Source: an uncultured cyanobacterium (GTDB taxonomy: Bacteria; Cyanobacteriota; Cyanobacteriia; Cyanobacteriales; CAWUOF01). From it: a DNA stretch of 64,000 nucleotides. Under the pieces are notes generated by a model that was not told where the DNA came from, made no database searches, and saw only the letters and a list, made by a program, of their open reading frames with translations. Shown piece by piece: positions 10,526-19,085 of the stretch. The position numbers were made by a program, and so were the translations under genes. The stretch's first letter is position 1. The number at the start of each line of letters is the position of its first letter. The DNA lies in contig CAVUSO010000001.1 of NCBI GenBank assembly GCA_963744145.1, forward strand, positions 2,560,001-2,624,000, written 5' to 3'.

Positions 10526-11689
10526 ATGCAGATTCTTTGGTTTTTTCCCACCCATGGTGATGGACGCTATCTAGGTACAGCTTATGGCGGACGAGCTGTC
10601 ACCCATGAATATTTGCAGCAAATTGCTCAAGCTGTTGACAATTTAGGCTATACAGGTGCGTTGATTCCGACTGGGCGATCGTGTGAAGATGCCTGGGTCG
10701 CAGCATCTTCTCTTATCTCTGTCACCAAACGCATGAAATTCCTGGTGGCAATCCGTCCGGGAATTACCTCACCATCAGTAGCAGCTAGGATGGCATCAAC
10801 CTTTGACAGGCTGTCAAATGGACGATTATTAGTTAATGTAGTGACAGGTGGTGATCCGGTTGAACTAGCTGGAGATGGGTTGCACCTAAGTCATGATGAG
10901 CGTTATGACTTAACTGATGAGTTTTTAACAATTTGGCGAGGCATTGTTAGTGGAGAAACGGTTGACCTGGAAGGGCGTTATCTGAATGTTAAAGGTAGCA
11001 AACTTTTATTTCCACCCATCCAAAACCCCTATCCTTCCCTCTGGTTTGGTGGTTCCTCGGCTGCGGCAAAACAGGTTGCAGCAAAACATATTGATGTTTA
11101 TCTGACTTGGGGAGAACCACCACAACAGGTTGCCCAAAAAATTGCCGATGTGCGCCGATTAGCAGCCGAACAAGGTAGAACTATCCAGTTTGGCATTCGC
11201 TTACACGTTATTGTGCGGGAAACCAAGAGTGAAGCTTGGGATGGGGCAAATGACCTAATTAAGTATGTCGATGACGAAGCGATCGCTACAGCTCAAAAAG
11301 CATTTTCCCGTGCTGACTCAGAAGGACAGCGATTAATGAGTCAACTTCATAACGGTAGTCGAGCAGCGTTAGAAATCAGCCCCAATCTTTGGGCAGGAGT
11401 TGGGTTAGTGCGCGGTGGTGCGGGAACAGCCTTGGTGGGAGATGCTGATACTGTTGTAAAACGAATGCTGGAGTATCAAGAAGTAGGGATTGATAAATTC
11501 ATTTTCTCCGGCTATCCCCACTTAGAAGAAGCCTATCGAGTCGCAGAACTATTATTCCCACGTCTCCCCTTAGACAAGGAACACCAACCGACACCACTAA
11601 AAACTCATATTATGAGTCCATTTGGTGAAATTGTTGCCAACGAAAATTTCCCAAAACCCCAAAAATTTACTCCAGCAAGTGCATCGTAA
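10526..11689 (+). CDS. ssuD: FMNH2-dependent alkanesulfonate monooxygenase
   Basis: [57 protein letters not shown]. Confidence 0.96.
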   Translation: MQILWFFPTHGDGRYLGTAYGGRAVTHEYLQQIAQAVDNLGYTGALIPTGRSCEDAWVAASSLISVTKRMKFLVAIRPGITSPSVAARMASTFDRLSNGRLLVNVVTGGDPVELAGDGLHLSHDERYDLTDEFLTIWRGIVSGETVDLEGRYLNVKGSKLLFPPIQNPYPSLWFGGSSAAAKQVAAKHIDVYLTWGEPPQQVAQKIADVRRLAAEQGRTIQFGIRLHVIVRETKSEAWDGANDLIKYVDDEAIATAQKAFSRADSEGQRLMSQLHNGSRAALEISPNLWAGVGLVRGGAGTALVGDADTVVKRMLEYQEVGIDKFIFSGYPHLEEAYRVAELLFPRLPLDKEHQPTPLKTHIMSPFGEIVANENFPKPQKFTPASAS

Positions 11690-11716
11690 AAAGACTCAAT
11701 TTCAGCGGATTCGAGT

Positions 11717-12502
11717 ATGAACAATAAATGGTTTAAGAATCAGCAAATTCAGCAATTAATTCCTTGGATTGTGCCAATTATCCTAATAATTATCTGGCAA
11801 TTTTTGGTGGAGATAGATTGGCTTTCCACGAGAGTTTTGCCAGCACCCACAAGTGTTTTAAGTGCAGGGATACGACTTACGGCTAGCGGAGAATTATTCC
11901 AAAATATCAGCATTAGTGCTTGGCGTGCGATCGCTGGTTTCATTATTGGTGGAAGTATTGGATTATTCCTAGGATTGCTCAATGGGATTTTTCCAATTGC
12001 GGAAAAGATTTTGGACACTTCCGTGCAAATGATCCGCAATATTCCCCACCTAGCCCTAATTCCTCTAGTAATTTTATGGTTTGGAATTGGAGATACAGCC
12101 AGAGTATTTCTAGTTTCTCTAGGGGTATTTTTCCCGATGTACATTAACACTTTTTATGGCATTAGATCCATTGAACCCGGACTGATTGAAATGGGCAAAA
12201 TCTACGGATTAAATCAAACCGGGCTACTCTGGCAAATTATTATCCCTGGTGCCATGCCTTCTATTTTGGTAGGAGTGCGGTATTCCTTGGGAATCATGTG
12301 GATTACTTTGATTGTAGCGGAAACAATTGCTTCAGATTCAGGCATTGGTTATATGGCAATGAATGCTCGGGAGTTCCTCCAAACCGATGTGGTGGTATTA
12401 AGCATTTTACTCTATGCCATCTTAGGAAAATTAGCAGATTTCGGAGCCAAACTACTAGAAGCTAAGTTGCTTTCTTGGCATCCCAATCACCAGCTAGCTT
12501 AA
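11717..12502 (+). CDS. ssuC: Sulfonate ABC transporter permease
   Basis: Hydrophobic; RNIPHLALIPLVILWFGIG and GIGYMAMNAREFLQTD. Confidence 0.93.
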   Translation: MNNKWFKNQQIQQLIPWIVPIILIIIWQFLVEIDWLSTRVLPAPTSVLSAGIRLTASGELFQNISISAWRAIAGFIIGGSIGLFLGLLNGIFPIAEKILDTSVQMIRNIPHLALIPLVILWFGIGDTARVFLVSLGVFFPMYINTFYGIRSIEPGLIEMGKIYGLNQTGLLWQIIIPGAMPSILVGVRYSLGIMWITLIVAETIASDSGIGYMAMNAREFLQTDVVVLSILLYAILGKLADFGAKLLEAKLLSWHPNHQLA

Positions 12503-12543
12503 AAGATTTGAGGAGTCTTGTTGTAAATAAGGAGTTTTAAAAG

Positions 12544-13308
12544 ATGATGACAATTAGCAACGGCACAGAGATAAAAATATGGGATTTGACCAAAACCTTT
12601 GGTAACCGGGCTGTTTTAAAGTCAACAAATTTAGAAGTGAATCCTGGTGAATTTATTGCAATTGTAGGTAGAAGCGGTTGCGGTAAAAGCACGCTACTGC
12701 GGCTGATTGCAGGGTTAGAAACACCTACCGATGGGAGAGTGTTACTAGATGGAGAGCCCATCCGTAAACTCACCCATTCAGTAAGAGTGATGTTTCAGGA
12801 TTCACGTCTGCTGCCATGGAAACCTGTGATCGAAAATGTGGGACTTGGTTTGGAGGGTAACTGGCAATTCAGAGCAGAGTGGGCGCTCAATCAAGTCGGA
12901 CTTAACGAGCGAGCTAAAGATTGGCCTGCTTTACTTTCTGGTGGACAACGGCAGAGAGTGGCACTAGCTAGGGCATTAGTCAGTCATCCGCGTTTATTGT
13001 TGCTCGATGAACCTCTGGGAGCATTAGATGCTTTAACTCGAATTGAGATGCAGAATTTGATTGAAAAATTGTGGCAGGAGCAGAAATTTACAGCACTGTT
13101 GGTGACCCATGATGTAGAAGAAGCTGTGGTCTTGGGTGATCGAGTAGTGTTGATTGAAGAGGGGCAGATTGCACTAGATCTCCAAGTAGCACTCCCGCGC
13201 CCTCGAAACCGAAGCAATGTGGCATTTGCGACTCTGGTAGAGCAAGTTCTAGAACGAGTCTTAAAAAAAGGAGAAAGTCAGAGAAAACTTCAAGCATCTA
13301 TTCTTTAA
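12544..13308 (+). CDS. ssuB: Sulfonate ABC transporter ATP-binding protein
   Basis: Walker [18 protein letters not shown] signature, [15 protein letters not shown]; operon context. Confidence 0.92.
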   Translation: MMTISNGTEIKIWDLTKTFGNRAVLKSTNLEVNPGEFIAIVGRSGCGKSTLLRLIAGLETPTDGRVLLDGEPIRKLTHSVRVMFQDSRLLPWKPVIENVGLGLEGNWQFRAEWALNQVGLNERAKDWPALLSGGQRQRVALARALVSHPRLLLLDEPLGALDALTRIEMQNLIEKLWQEQKFTALLVTHDVEEAVVLGDRVVLIEEGQIALDLQVALPRPRNRSNVAFATLVEQVLERVLKKGESQRKLQASIL

Positions 13309-13424
13309 CTGAACCAAAATGATTAAGATGTAGAGCTTTATCTTCAGCTTAAACCAATATTTCAAAACTAACCCAAATTAGCAAATTATGGGTGGTTTTG
13401 GTTACAAAAAGTCATCTAAATCCT

Positions 13425-13667
13425 TAGTAAAATTTGGCTAATCAGATCACGATCAGGACTGAGGGAGTCTAAAAATCATCCGAGGGAGATTTTTTGAGTT
13501 TCAGTTTGTTGCAGTCGTTCGGTCGAGTCAAGGAGTCAAGCGTAGCCACTCCAACTATTGAGCAATTCTTGACGGGAAATAAAGCGTTTACCGCTCGCTG
13601 GATCTGCTACTAACAGGCGAGCGCCTTTAACTCGGTAAACAACTACATAATGTATTCCTTCCCAATA
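13425..13667 (-). pseudogene. Fragment of a peptidase-C39/HlyB-type (PCAT) ABC exporter
   Basis: Manual translation YWEGIHYVVVYRVKGARLLVADPASGKRFISRQELLNSWSGYA*LLDSTERLQQTETQKISLG*FLDSLSPDRDLISQILL. Shows the C39 HYVV...ADPA motif, two in-frame TGA stops and no start. Confidence 0.75.
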
Positions 13668-13681
13668 TAGTTCAGCTAAGT

Positions 13682-13787
13682 GTAGGGGTGAAGCATGTTT
13701 AGCGACAATTGAGCGATCAACTTTTACCCGCTCGTTTACCCTGAGCGTAGTCGAAGGGTATTAATATTATACCTGAATGCTTCACCC
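13682..13787. repeat. REP-like palindromic element (GTAGGGGTGAAGCAT...ATGCTTCACCC) with a nested 20-bp insert
   Basis: Terminal inverted repeat; homologous shorter copy at 18324-18393; contains CCCTGAGCGTAGTCGAAGGG flanked by TA on both sides. Confidence 0.75.
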
Positions 13788-14161
13788 TTCTTCTGCCTTC
13801 TTAATATAAGTTCAATTAAAGTTATATATATTTACATATATGCCTCAATAACGCTAATAAAAAATTAGTAATATTTAAGCTTTCTTCACAATACTGAGCC
13901 TAAATTTTTTAATAATAGTGTAATATATTTGATCCAGGTTTATATAAAAATGCCGAATTTGAACTTTCTGATCATGTTATATCTAAGCTAAAAAAAGTTG
14001 AGTTAATGCCGGAAATTATTTAGAGCGGATCATTTTTCTCCTCAACCAGATGATGTTAAGATGAAAAAATCAACTTAAACTCAGACTGAAAATTATTGCT
14101 GCTAGCAATTGCATGAGAGGATATATTTTTATTAATTCATTGCCTGTAGAGGAATTTTGCC

Positions 14162-14722
14162 ATGTGGTGTCCATTATGCCAGCATACAGACAGTCGGGTA
14201 CTTGAGTCGCGAGCAGCAGAAGCAGGTCAGAGTGTACGCAGAAGAAGGGAATGTTTAAATTGTAAGGGACGTTTTACAACTTACGAACGGATTGAATTTG
14301 TCTCGATTACCATCATCAAACGGGATGACCAAAGAGAATCCTTTGACCGTTCAAAATTATTGCGGGGAATTATTCGTGCCTGTGAGAAAACAGGTATTCC
14401 CGTCGGACGCTTAGAGACAATTGTAGAAGAAATCGAAGCCGAATTACAACAAAGAGCAGTCAGGGAAGTAACCAGTAACGAAGTTGGGGAGTTAGTATTG
14501 AAACAATTGCAAGGTTTAAGTGAAGTAGCTTACGTGCGATTTGCTTCAGTTTATCGAAAATTTCAAGGAATTAGAGATTTTGTGAATGCGCTCAATGATT
14601 TACAAACTCTGGTCGGTCAAAATTCAGAACCAGTCAAATTGGTAGAAATTTCCAGATCAGAACCAAGTAGAGAACCTATAAGCGATCGCGAACCAGAAAC
14701 CACTTTGATTACCCATGTTTAA
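14162..14722 (+). CDS. nrdR: Transcriptional repressor NrdR
   Basis: CPLC...SRVLESR...[15 protein letters not shown] zinc ribbon plus ATP-cone ([10 protein letters not shown]). Confidence 0.96.
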   Translation: MWCPLCQHTDSRVLESRAAEAGQSVRRRRECLNCKGRFTTYERIEFVSITIIKRDDQRESFDRSKLLRGIIRACEKTGIPVGRLETIVEEIEAELQQRAVREVTSNEVGELVLKQLQGLSEVAYVRFASVYRKFQGIRDFVNALNDLQTLVGQNSEPVKLVEISRSEPSREPISDREPETTLITHV

Positions 14723-14888
14723 TCCCCCAGTTATGGGGCCATCACGCTCTAGTTGGGCTGAGGGAAAACTTTTCAATTAAAAAAGGTAAAATAAAGTTTT
14801 TTAAAAAGAGATTGACTGAGTTATAATAGTCTTTCTGAACTCCAACTAAGTAAACGTGATAAACGTGGAAATCCTTTGCCAAATCTAG

Positions 14889-15060
14889 GCACAAGCCCTC
14901 AAACGCAGATTGCGTGCGATCGCCAACACCTAGAAGCAGAGGAAAAAAAACCTCTCCTACAATAGTAGTTGGAGCGAAGTAGGTGTAGGCGGCACATTTC
15001 ATTAGGTGCGTGTACATCGACAGGAGGCACAACCATTACAAAGATCACAATTAGGAAACG
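14889..15060 (+). promoter_or_regulatory. Structured 5' leader of rpsA (candidate cis-regulatory RNA)
   Basis: CGCC/ACACCTA (14921-14932) pairs with TAGGTGT/GGCG (14980-14991), enclosing the hairpin AGAGG-A8-CCTCT; upstream hairpin ACGCA-GAT-TGCGT. Confidence 0.5.
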
Positions 15061-15066
15061 ATTCGC

Positions 15067-16092
15067 ATGGTCAATCTGAAAACACCCGCCCAAGATGTTG
15101 GCTTTACTCACGCAGATTTTGCGGCCCTACTCGACAAATATGATTATCACTTTAGTCCAGGTGATGTCGTTGCGGGTACGGTATTTAGTCTAGAGCCGAG
15201 GGGCGCACTGATTGACATTGGTGCTAAAACCGCCGCATATATTCCCATTCAGGAAATGTCAATCAACCGGGTTGACGCCCCGGAAGAAGTTCTCCAATCA
15301 AACGAGACTAGAGAATTTTTTATTCTCACCGATGAAAATGAAGATGGACAACTAACCCTTTCCATCCGCAGAATTGAATATATGCGGGCGTGGGAACGGG
15401 TCAGACAATTACAAGCGGAAGACGCTACAGTCCGCTCTAACGTTTTTGCCACCAATCGCGGTGGAGCGTTGGTCAGAATTGAAGGGCTACGTGGATTCAT
15501 TCCCGGTTCTCATATTAGTACCCGGAAGCCGAAGGAAGATTTGGTGGGAGAAGAACTGCCCCTAAAATTTTTAGAGGTAGATGAAGATCGGAACCGTTTG
15601 GTTTTAAGTCATCGTCGAGCGTTAGTAGAACGCAAGATGAACCGACTAGAAGTTGGAGAAGTAGTAATCGGGACAGTTCGTGGGATCAAACCCTACGGAG
15701 CCTTTATTGATATTGGTGGTGTGAGTGGACTACTGCACATCTCAGAAATTTCTCACGATCATATTGATACGCCCCACAGTGTATTTAATGTTAATGATGA
15801 AGTAAAGGTCATGATTATTGACTTGGATGCGGAAAGAGGAAGGATCTCGCTGTCAACGAAGCAGTTAGAACCCGAACCAGGAGCAATGGTTAAAAATCCG
15901 CAGCTGGTTTATGACAAAGCTGAAGAGATGGCTGCCAAATATCGGGAACAAATGCGAGCTAAACAACAAGCTAGTCGTGGTCAAACAGCAGAAGCTGTGT
16001 CGGAAGAAGTACCAGCTGCCATACCTGATGCGATCCCAGAAGAAGAGCTGCAAGATCTACCTTCTGCAACTGAAGACGATATCATTGAGTAA
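15067..16092 (+). CDS. rpsA: 30S ribosomal protein S1 (cyanobacterial three-S1-domain type)
   Basis: FAALLDKYDYHFSPGD, three S1 repeats, KPYGAFIDIGGVSGLLHISEISH. Confidence 0.96.
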   Translation: MVNLKTPAQDVGFTHADFAALLDKYDYHFSPGDVVAGTVFSLEPRGALIDIGAKTAAYIPIQEMSINRVDAPEEVLQSNETREFFILTDENEDGQLTLSIRRIEYMRAWERVRQLQAEDATVRSNVFATNRGGALVRIEGLRGFIPGSHISTRKPKEDLVGEELPLKFLEVDEDRNRLVLSHRRALVERKMNRLEVGEVVIGTVRGIKPYGAFIDIGGVSGLLHISEISHDHIDTPHSVFNVNDEVKVMIIDLDAERGRISLSTKQLEPEPGAMVKNPQLVYDKAEEMAAKYREQMRAKQQASRGQTAEAVSEEVPAAIPDAIPEEELQDLPSATEDDIIE

Positions 16093-16157
16093 AAAATCAG
16101 TTTGAGTCAAAGGCAACCAACTGGAAATGAGCAAAATCAATCCAGAAATGTTGCAGC

Positions 16158-16181
16158 AAGAGGGAATTACCCTCTTTTTTT
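16158..16181 (+). terminator. Intrinsic terminator after rpsA
   Basis: AAGAGGG-AATTA-CCCTCTT followed by a T run. Confidence 0.7.
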
Positions 16182-16188
16182 GTAGATA

Positions 16189-16944
16189 TTGGAGTTGGAT
16201 CAATTGGCAATTATTCAATGTGAAAATATCTTGTTTGAAAATATTCAAGCAGTAATTTTTGATAAAGATGGTACTTTGACAGATACCTCGGATTTTTTAA
16301 GAAATCTGGGACAAACGCGATCGCGTCTACTGGATGCTAAAATTCCCGGTATTGGCGATCCACTCTTAATGGCTTTTGGAATTAACGGCGATCGCATCGA
16401 CCCGACTGGGTTAATGGCTGTGGGTAGTCGTCGCGAAAACCAAATCGCTGCTGCTGCTTATGTAGCAGAAACGGGACGCAGTTGGTTTGAAGCTTTAAAT
16501 ATAGCAGCACAAGCTTTTGCTGAAGCAGACCAATGGTTTAAAAAAGTTGCCCCATCTCCCTTGTTTGTCGGTACGGTTGAGACGATCAAGCAGCTGTCTG
16601 ATGCTGGGTTAAAGCTAGGGATTCTCTCCGCGGATACAACTGAGCGAGTCCAAGCTTTGGTTGCATATTATCAATTAGGGGATTATATTCAGCTCCAAAT
16701 GGGGGTAGATGAAGGATTAAGCAAACCAGATCCAGCCTTATTTTGGCAAGCTTGTCAGTTACTGGGAGTTGAACCAAAATCAACTCTGATGGTCGGAGAT
16801 GGGATGGGAGATTTAGAAATGGCCAAAAATGCTGGTGCGGCTGGTTGTATTGGGATCGATCGGACAATGGGGAGAGTAAACCATTTATCTCTAGCAGATG
16901 TGACGATCGCGCAATTAGATCAAATCCGAATTGTGACAAATTAG
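16189..16944 (+). CDS. HAD-family hydrolase
   Basis: IFDKDGTL motif I, KPDP, MVGDGMGDL; start may be TTG 16204. Confidence 0.9.
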   Translation: MELDQLAIIQCENILFENIQAVIFDKDGTLTDTSDFLRNLGQTRSRLLDAKIPGIGDPLLMAFGINGDRIDPTGLMAVGSRRENQIAAAAYVAETGRSWFEALNIAAQAFAEADQWFKKVAPSPLFVGTVETIKQLSDAGLKLGILSADTTERVQALVAYYQLGDYIQLQMGVDEGLSKPDPALFWQACQLLGVEPKSTLMVGDGMGDLEMAKNAGAAGCIGIDRTMGRVNHLSLADVTIAQLDQIRIVTN

Positions 16945-17051
16945 CCCAGTTAAGCGATAATCGCCATAAACAATTGTATACATAATTGTTGTTATGAATT
17001 TTCTTCAAATAGAGCAACCAGCCTGATAATTATCAATTGGAGGATATATCC

Positions 17052-18296
17052 TTGTCACGTCGCTACCTATTTACATCGGAATCTGTTACAGAAGGCCATC
17101 CAGATAAAATCTGCGATCAAATTTCGGATACCATTTTAGATACTCTCCTAGCTCAAGATCCCAAAAGTCGGGTAGCTGCGGAAGTTGTGGTTAATACTGG
17201 GTTAGTCCTGATTACGGGCGAAATCACCTCTAAAGCCAATATTAATTATGTTGACCTGGCTAGAAAAAAAATTGCTGAAATTGGTTATACCGATGCAGAT
17301 AACGGATTTTCTGCTAATAGCTGTTCAGTCCTAATTGCTCTGGATGAACAATCCCCCGATATTGCCCAAGGAGTTAACCAAGCGACGGAAACTCGCGAAC
17401 AATCTAGCGAAGAACAATTAGATGCGATCGGTGCTGGTGATCAAGGTTTAATGTTTGGTTTTGCTTGTAATGAAACACCAGAATTAATGCCCTTACCGAT
17501 TAGTTTAGCCCATCGGATTTGTCGTCAATTAGCAATTGCTCGTAAGAAAGGGATATTGCCTTATCTGCGTCCTGATGGCAAAAGTCAAGTTACGGTAAGC
17601 TATGAAGATGGACGTCCGATCGGCATTGATACCATTTTGGTTTCTACCCAGCATAGCCCGACTATTGGTGAGATTACTGATGCCGCAGCAATTCAAGCAG
17701 AAATTAAAGAAAATGTTTGGCATGAGGTTGTTTTACCAATATTTGCCGATTTAAGCATTAAACCAGATGCACAAACTCGCTTTCTGGTTAATCCTACTGG
17801 TAAATTTGTGATTGGCGGACCCCAGGGTGATTCTGGTCTCACTGGTCGCAAAATTATTGTGGATACCTATGGTGGTTATTCTCGTCATGGTGGTGGAGCA
17901 TTTTCTGGTAAAGACCCCACTAAAGTAGACCGTAGTGCTGCTTATGCTAGTCGTTACATGGCTAAAAATATTGTCGCTGCTGGTTTAGCTGATAAATGTG
18001 AAGTTCAATTAAGTTATGCGATCGGTGTAGCTAGACCTGTAAGTATGATGATTGATACTTTTGGGACTGGGAAAGTGGATGAAGAACGGTTGCTAGAAGT
18101 AGTAAAAAAACATTTTGAACTACGTCCGGCTGGAATTATTCAGACATTTAATTTACAAAATTTACCCAGTAAACGCAACGGTCGTTTTTACCAAGATGTA
18201 GCTGCTTATGGTCATTTCGGTAGAACTGATCTAGATTTACCTTGGGAAGCTACTGATAAAGTAGAAGCATTGCGAGCAGATTTGATTAAAGCTTAA
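17052..18296 (+). CDS. metK: S-adenosylmethionine synthase
   Basis: [39 protein letters not shown] 17052 preferred as start (GGAGG RBS at 17039). Confidence 0.97.
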   Translation: MSRRYLFTSESVTEGHPDKICDQISDTILDTLLAQDPKSRVAAEVVVNTGLVLITGEITSKANINYVDLARKKIAEIGYTDADNGFSANSCSVLIALDEQSPDIAQGVNQATETREQSSEEQLDAIGAGDQGLMFGFACNETPELMPLPISLAHRICRQLAIARKKGILPYLRPDGKSQVTVSYEDGRPIGIDTILVSTQHSPTIGEITDAAAIQAEIKENVWHEVVLPIFADLSIKPDAQTRFLVNPTGKFVIGGPQGDSGLTGRKIIVDTYGGYSRHGGGAFSGKDPTKVDRSAAYASRYMAKNIVAAGLADKCEVQLSYAIGVARPVSMMIDTFGTGKVDEERLLEVVKKHFELRPAGIIQTFNLQNLPSKRNGRFYQDVAAYGHFGRTDLDLPWEATDKVEALRADLIKA

Positions 18297-18323
18297 CAGT
18301 GTCTGGTAAAATCAGGGTTAATT

Positions 18324-18393
18324 GTAGGGGTGAAGTATGTTTGGCGACAATTGAACGCTCAAACGAGTAATATTAGACCCGAATGCTTCACCC
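18324..18393. repeat. REP-like palindromic element, second copy
   Basis: GTAGGGGTGAAGTATG...GAATGCTTCACCC, homologous to 13682-13787 but without the insert. Confidence 0.72.
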
Positions 18394-18489
18394 AACTGCC
18401 GTCGATATCTCCCAAAATATCCTTAAACGAACCCTATTGGGAGCACCCTTGTTGATGTTAGGTAGTGTTAGAAATCAATCATCGGCAAT

Positions 18490-18518
18490 AAAAAAGGGGA
18501 CTTGAATTTAGTCCCCTT
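18490..18518. terminator. Hairpin, possible terminator downstream of metK
   Basis: AAGGGGACT-N7-AGTCCCCTT with an adjacent A run. Confidence 0.5.
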
Positions 18519-18643
18519 AACCCCAACATATTTTTGTGAATATTCTAGTTAGATTTTTGTTCCTGATGTTCAGAATATTTTAAATAACAGTTTAAAAAGT
18601 AATGGTTAGTAGAGTGATCAAAGTAATGGGTTGAAGACATAAT

Positions 18644-19023
18644 ATACAGCAGATTCTATATTGATGAAGTACAGGAAGATTGTGGGACAGGCATCTTGCC
18701 TGTCCGATCAATTCATCAGTTAAAGTTGATTGTGATTGATCTGTGTTGGTTGGGCGGGTTTTTGATAATGATCGATTTGGTGCAAAATTAATTGGTGAAC
18801 CCGCCCCTACAAATCCTGGTTAATTGTGATCATAAATTCATGGCAGAAAATATGTTTAAACATCGGCAATTAGATCACTTGTAGGGGCGGGTTCACCGAT
18901 CAATTCGCCACACACAAATAACTCTCATGAACCCGCCCAACCCCACAGATCACCTGGATGAACTCACCCATCTGACATCACAGACAACAGGGCTATACTT
19001 CATAAACCTGGAATAGGCTGTAT
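18644..19023. mobile_element. Composite MITE-like element containing REP-like palindromes
   Basis: 31-bp imperfect terminal inverted repeats (24/31 match, ATACAGC..ATTC..ATGAAGTA.AG). Inside: one GACAGGCATCTTGCCTGTC palindrome and two inverted GGGCGGGTT...AACCCGCCC units. Confidence 0.7.
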
Positions 19024-19085
19024 TTTAATCCGGTTCAGTTAATGCTCAAATAGTTGTAAATTAGGGATAGTGTCCAAAAAGCGCC

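Noticed and set aside
14742..15111. Two minus-strand ORFs in the nrdR-rpsA spacer
   Set aside because: No recognisable motifs; they overlap the rpsA leader and start.
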